Shown here piece by piece: positions 58,143-64,000 of a stretch of 64,000 nt of DNA. Source of the stretch: Cyanophora paradoxa CCMP329 (Eukaryota > Plantae > Glaucophyta); the NCBI GenBank assembly GCA_004431415.1, contig QPMI01000470.1, positions 1 through 64,000 of the forward strand. Reading direction: 5' to 3'. The notes below the pieces were generated by a model. That model did no database searches and was not told the DNA's origin. It worked only from the letters and a program-made list of their open reading frames with translations. A program made the translations under genes and the position numbers. Within the stretch, counting starts at the first letter, position 1, and every line of letters starts with the position of its first letter.

Positions 58143-61100
58143 ATGGGAGCTGCAGCTGGCAGCTTCGCCATGGATTCATCGCGAAGCAGTGCACGTGCGT
58201 TGTCTGAGTTTGCAAGTTTGTTCGCTACCTGCAGCTGATTCCCCTTCCATTTTTTTCTCTGCAGGCGCGGATGGGCTCGTGCACGATATGCGCCCAGCAC
58301 GTGCTTCGGCGCATGCATATGCGCAGAGTGCAGAAAACTCGGGCTCATCGACGGCCCGAAGCGAACGCGTTCTCGTTAGACGACCGAGCGCTGCGAGCTT
58401 ATCGGTGACGCCGACGCTGCAGCCAGCCTCCGACTCGCAACGCGCCGAATCCATGACCAAAGCACCACCGGCGCCGGCGCCGGTGCCTTGCATTGGAGAA
58501 CCGGTACCGGTACACGCAGTTGATCATGAGCTTCCTCCGAACTCGAGGGCAAGTCGAGCCTTTAATTTCGTTCTCTGCGTTCAAACGGTGCCTGTCTGTA
58601 AATATAAGTACGCTGATTTTGGGGCCGGGGGGCTCGCGATCGCGCAGACGTCGACCTCCAGGCGTCCCCCAATCGATGTCGAATCAGCGATTGCGGCGGC
58701 GCCGGCACTGCCGGCCGCGGCCTCCGACGAAGCGGAAACGCCCAGCTGCAGGTCGCCAGCAGCCGCAGCAGCAGCAGACGCACCTTTCGCGAGTTCGGCT
58801 GTTCGCGCCGTGCCGATCACATGGACGTCAACGTTGCCAACAGAGGCGTCCGCAGCAGCCGTGGTCGATCTAGACCGGCAGCGGCAGTCGACTCCGGATC
58901 CGGCGCCCGCTCCGGATCCGTCCGGCTGTGGCCCCGCCGGCGCCATCGCGTCCCACTTCACGTCGGAACTGCAGCTGCGATTCCTCTCGGATTCGAATCC
59001 ATCGCCGCCGTTTCCGAATTCGAGCTCGCTCGGCGCTGCCGCGCCGTTCTGGGCGGCCGCGGTCCGACTGCAGGTCCACGGCCTTTCGTCCGCTGCGGAA
59101 CGGATCCTCAGCAAGTGCGCCGCCAAAGCTTCGCTTTGCTGGTTTTAACCCGGCATTACCTGACGACCCGGCATTAAATTTGTGATGTGCACGTGCAGAA
59201 CGCGTGAACAGGACCCGCAGCTTCTTGCCCTGCAGCTGGGACCAGCTGCAGACTCCCCGGACTTGAATGGCGAGCTGAACGCCTACTTTTCCCGGATCTT
59301 CCGGATCGTGAAGAAACACAGAGGTCGGCCGTCTGCTTTTCCTTGTGCAGCTGACGTTAACGTTCGAGATTGCCGTCCGATATCGATGATCTCTTTCCGC
59401 GTGAGCAGGGGACATCCACCACCTTTACGGTGCGCTCGCCAGGCACCGATCGCGAGGCACTAGGCATATAAGGCCTAGGGCCGATCGCCAGAAAGCACCG
59501 AGGCATATAAGGGTTTAACGACTTTTATGATTAAATTCTATCCGATGATCAAGGAACCGAGGCACACGCCGCAATTACAATTAGATATTTGTCGCCTCTC
59601 GAGCTTGGCGACGGAGCCTCCAGGTCAACACGTAATCAGAATTATAATATATATATGTGCAATGCGCAGGCACCTGCATCTTGATTCTAGTCTACGCGGT
59701 CGAGGAGTTGGATCTCGCGGCGGCGGCCCGCTCGGCGCTGCGCATCGCCTCTGAGGTGGTCGCGATCGGGCTCGGCCGAGGCGGCGTGTTTTCCTCCCAC
59801 GGAAGCCGGGACCGCAAGAACTCGACTAGTACCCCGCGATCGATTTCGCATTTGCACCAGGTTTGCATCTGTTTCATGAGACCTAATTCCTGTGTTTTCT
59901 AGTGGTGGCTGACTTGCATTTGGTCAATCTGCGACTCAAATGGGTGCAGCTTGCGGTTGAGAGGCTCGCGGCCGCCGACAGGCTCCAGCTGACCGTCGAC
60001 GCGTCCGTTGCTGCCGGTTGCTTTTCGTCTATTGCTCTGTCGAGCGGCAACGGTGGCACCGAGGGCAGCAGACTCGCCGTCTTTGGGGACCCCCTCTCAC
60101 GGCTGTCGCGGGGCAATGGTCTCGTGAAGCCCAGGCAGATTTGCCTCGCGCCCGAGGTCTGCCACTCGCGCCTGCCGAAGTGGTCGAATTCCCGACGAGG
60201 TTACGTCCGATTCACGAATCCGGACGTGTACAGGTTGCTCAGCTGCTGCCGGCGTTTGACGCCGAATTGGCGGCACTCGCTGTTGCGGGTAGCGAACTGC
60301 AGCTCGTCAGCCGCACCCCGGACCAGGTGCCCCCTTTCAGCTTGTCGTTCGGTTCAACCTGTCTTTCTTTTTGATATCTGATTTGACGTTTCGCATCTGT
60401 CTCGTTCAGTTTGCCGTATATGATGTGAGCGTATCCGAATTCGAAACCGGCGACAAGAGTTGGAGGGCGCACACATCAACGCCTCGGGGCCGATCGGCCG
60501 CGGGCTCTAGATCTGCAGCGCTAGCAGGCGCTGATTCCGACAGCGACAGCGAGAGCAAGCGCAACCGTGCAAGCGGCACGCGCAGCGTGAGCGCCAGATC
60601 CAAAGCTGCTGTCAAGAGCGTCCTGGCACGCGCGAGCAGCTTCTTCGAGACGCTTCGGCGCTCCTCTTCCGTCGCATCGTTTTCGGACGCAGACTCCGAT
60701 CGGGATCAGGCATCGACGCCGCCGCCGACGGTGCCCGACGAAGCGATCCTGCCCTCGCTGCCCGAGGACATACGAGCGTGTCTCCAGAATAAATCCTGGT
60801 GCCCCCGCGCGCCGTCCCGTACTTTCCTCTTCTTCTCTTACGTATACGTGGCGTCTCATACTTTTCCACTCTCTCGGTGATCATGAACGGCAGCCCGGAG
60901 AGCGAAGTCCGCAGCGTCGTGTGCGCGTGCGTGCGGCTCGACGCTGCGGAACCTCCGGCAACGCCGGCGGAAGGGGCCGTGCCGTTTCAAGGCTTCTCGA
61001 AAATTGAGCAGGCGGGTTTTAGTATTCCTGCAGCAGAGAGAAGAAACGATTGCTGCGCTAAACTCGCCTGGCGCGCAGGAGAAGATCCGACGTGTACAGC

Positions 61101-64000
61101 GGGGCTTCCAGTTGGTCGCGTCCGCTGTCTCTGGAATGGGAGGTGTTCTTCGTGACGTCTCGTTCGACAGCGGAAGCCTCTCCGTGCGTTCAAATTCGGC
61201 TTTCTCCCAGCAACCCACAAGAATATTCAGTGGAGCTAACCTCGATTCGCTTAATTGCAATCAGGTCGCTATCACGGTACAGTCCCCGAATAAAACTCGC
61301 AGTCTGGGCCATTTATTCATTCGCGCGCCGCCGCTCACGGCTCGACCTTCGCAGTGGGGCGCGGTCGGCGTGCCCCGCCCCGAAGACGCGTTCCGGGCCG
61401 TGTCGGCGGCGCTGCGCCTCCGCGCCGGCTTCCGTGACGAGGGCCTCGGGCCCGTCTCCGTCGGCGTCGCCTCCGGCCCGTGCGCCAATGTCGCTCGAAA
61501 TTCGGAAATTTGGACATGACTCGGATTTGGTTTGATGTCAGGGTCTTCACGGGCGTGGTGGGGGACGAGGCCGCGCGGCGGGCGCTCTTCCTCTGCCTCG
61601 GCCGCCCCGTCTCCTCCGCCTTCCGGTCCGCCCCACGCGCAATCGCGAGGCGCCTGCGGCCGCCGTACGGAGTCGAGCGGCACCGCGCGCGCCGCAGGCT
61701 GATGCTGGCGGCCGCGGGGTCGGTCGTCGTCGACGCGGCGACGTGCGAGCGGGTCGCGGAGGACTTTGTCGTCGAGGCCGCCAACTTTCCCTTCCGAGGC
61801 GAGGTGCCCGGCGCCCGATCCTCGCGCTCGCGACCAGTCGCGTCAGTCCGGCGCCGACCGTCCTGCTTCGCAGGAAGCCTCGTCATCCTCCGCCAAGCTC
61901 AAGGCGCCGGCGTGCTTCCGGGTGGTCTCGCCCCGCGCTCGTGCTTCCGCATTCGGAACGGATGCCGAGACGGTACCGGCCTCTGGATCTGGTGGCGGGC
62001 GACAGAATCCCACCGGAAAGGATGCGGACGCGGAATCCGCCGATCGCGACGATGCGATCGCGAACGCGAGCGGTGCCCTCTCGCGGGAGGAGGCGGCGGG
62101 CCGGCTGGCGGCTACCGCCGCGTCGGGCGAGAGCCTCGTGTACGGGCGGCGCGAGGCGAAGGCGCAGCTCGTGGAGCTGCTGGCGGCCGCCCGCTGCGGC
62201 GAGTACCTCCGCGGCGGCGCCGCGAGCGGGCACACGCTCCTGGTCGAGGGCGGACGGGGCTCGGGGAAGAGCACGTTCGGTGAGCGCGCGCCCGATCGCG
62301 AGTTTGAATTTCCTGAATTTCGAGCATCGCCCACCGCAGTGGCGGAGGCGGAGCGGCTGTGCGAGGTCATCGACCTCCCGTTCCTGAGCCTGCAGCCCGA
62401 CCCCAAGGAGGTACTCTCGCTGTCAATGTCCCTTGCAGCCGACGCCGGCGCTGACGTCGACGTCATTGTCGGTTTCATTCCGCTTATACGAACTTCTATT
62501 TGATTTTAATATTTAATTCACAAAGATTCTTATAAGACTTTTTCATTATTGGTATATGACCTAAGGATGGCAGATGCACCCGTACGAGGCCGTGCGGCTG
62601 CTGCTGCGGGGGCTCATGCTGCCCGAGGGGCGGAGCCGGCTGCACTCGAGCGCCACCGAGCTCGAGGCGGCTGCGGTGAACGCCGGCGCCGGCGCGGGCC
62701 ACTCGCGCACGCAAAGCGTCTCCGAGATCGCTGCGGAAGCCATGGCCAACGCCGACCGACGACGACGGGCGTCGACGTCGGCGGGAATTTCCATGGAAGC
62801 ATGGCTCCAGTCCGCGGGGGAGGCGTCGGTCCCGCCCTCGCCGCAGGGTTCGAATTCCGCTGTCGCCGGCCCCGGCGGCGCCGGCGGCGCCGGCCCCGGC
62901 CTTGGCAGCCCGCGGGCTTCGACCGGCTCGGAAACGCGCGCAGTGCGGATCCTCGGACGCAGTCCGAGCTCGGTGGGGAGCCCCAAGAGTCAGGGCCAGC
63001 AGCGCGGCACCGGCAGCCCCCGTACCTCGACGGAAATTCGGCTGTTTCCAGGGCGCAGCGCTAGCCCGGGCCGGGGTAGCCCGCGGCACGGGCTCGAGGC
63101 CCGCGGGGGCTTCTTCTTGAGCTCTTTGTCTCCAGCTGCCATGGCCGGCCGCGGCCTGCCCGGCGGCGATCGCGACCCGCGGCCCGTCGAGTTTGACACG
63201 GAGGACCAGTTGGGCGATTTCGAGCGCGAATGCGGCCCTTCCTCGCAATCCGACGGCAGGGGCATCGAATCGTGGCTGGAGCCGCCCTCGTGCCGCTCGG
63301 CGTCGGCGGAGTCGCCCGCAGGCAGCTCGCCCCGGCCGGCCGCGGGCCAGCCCCAGAGCCGCCGCGGGCCCGGGCCCCGCCTCTCGTCCTTCGGCGACGG
63401 CAAGCTATTTATAGACGCCCTCGAGTTTCTGAAGCGCGTGGACATGCCCCTCGCCACCGGACGAAACGCTCAGGCCCGCGAAAGTTTACTTGCGAAATCC
63501 GCAATCGCCTTCGTTTTCGCGCTAATTAATTTCGCAGGTGATCGTTCGGCTCCTGCGCGACGGTATTTTCTTCCCTTCCACAACGTCTGCGGAGGGCTCG
63601 AGCTCGCACTTTCCCCCTGGCCCCGGCTCGAATGCTTCCTCGTCGGCCGCCCGGCGCCGCCGCTCCCTAGCCGCCTACAGCGGCGCCGGCGTACCCTCCC
63701 CGGCCGGCAGCGAGAGGCGCGCCTCGGGCGACGCTCGCGCCGCCACCGCTGCGGGCCTCGTCGACTTCCAAATGGCCGACTCCTCGGAGGGGCACCGCGT
63801 TTTCTCGTTCCTCTGCCGCCTTCTCGAGGTGCTCACCTGCGCCTTGAGCCCACGCCCGCCGGTGCCTTGGAGTGAGCGGGGTGGTGCGCAGGGGGTGGCG
63901 CGGAGCTCCGGAGCGCTCGTCATCGTGGACGGTTAGCCCTGCGCGCGCTACGCGCGATCGCGACGTCGATCGCGACGCCCTGCGCCCGGCACTTTAAAAT
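58143..64000 (+). CDS. Soluble adenylyl cyclase (ADCY10)-like protein: two degenerate class III cyclase domains + P-loop STAND/AAA ATPase; runs off the window end
   Basis: ELNAYFSRIFRIVKKHRGDIHHLYGT; LAVFGDPLSRL; GGVLRDVSFDSG; EDAFRAVSAAL; VSVGVASG|RVFTGVVG; LGRPVSSAFR|LM; VVVDAATCE; VYGRREAK; LLVEGGRGSGKST; ALVIVD. The start codon is inferred from a phase-compatible first intron. Confidence 0.8.

Overview
Eukaryotic, GC-rich nuclear DNA with many short introns. Two genes have 'MAF...' plastid transit peptides and GC-AG introns are present, which suggests a glaucophyte-like alga such as Cyanophora (inference only). 1-31 kb is a rearranged accessory block. It holds a tRNA-Cys, a 4.08-kb tandem duplication, and a young RT-less Ty3/gypsy-type LTR element (329-bp LTRs; GTAG target-site duplication confirmed by an empty paralogous site in the window). 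It also holds a ~9-kb APE-RT-RNase H LINE, a mosaic inverted family of F-box/LRR/ankyrin genes ending in a Helitron-like 3' terminus, and a coiled-coil/RING gene. 31-43.5 kb is an ordinary gene cluster: DUF819 membrane protein, a catalytically degenerate TrpC-like protein, NAF1 and a secreted probable beta-propeller protein. 43.5-58 kb is decayed repeat DNA with two clean hAT MITEs, a 141-bp minisatellite and one unknown gene. 58-64 kb is the 5' part of an ADCY10-like pseudo-cyclase/STAND ATPase gene. The most unusual signal is a pervasive mutational signature. Paralog comparisons inside the window show repeated insertions of the form XYZ -> XYZ-revcomp(XYZ)-XYZ (micro inverted triplications), which would explain the extreme density of short palindromes. 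Many frameshifts may be homopolymer sequencing errors, and all exon boundaries were read by eye.
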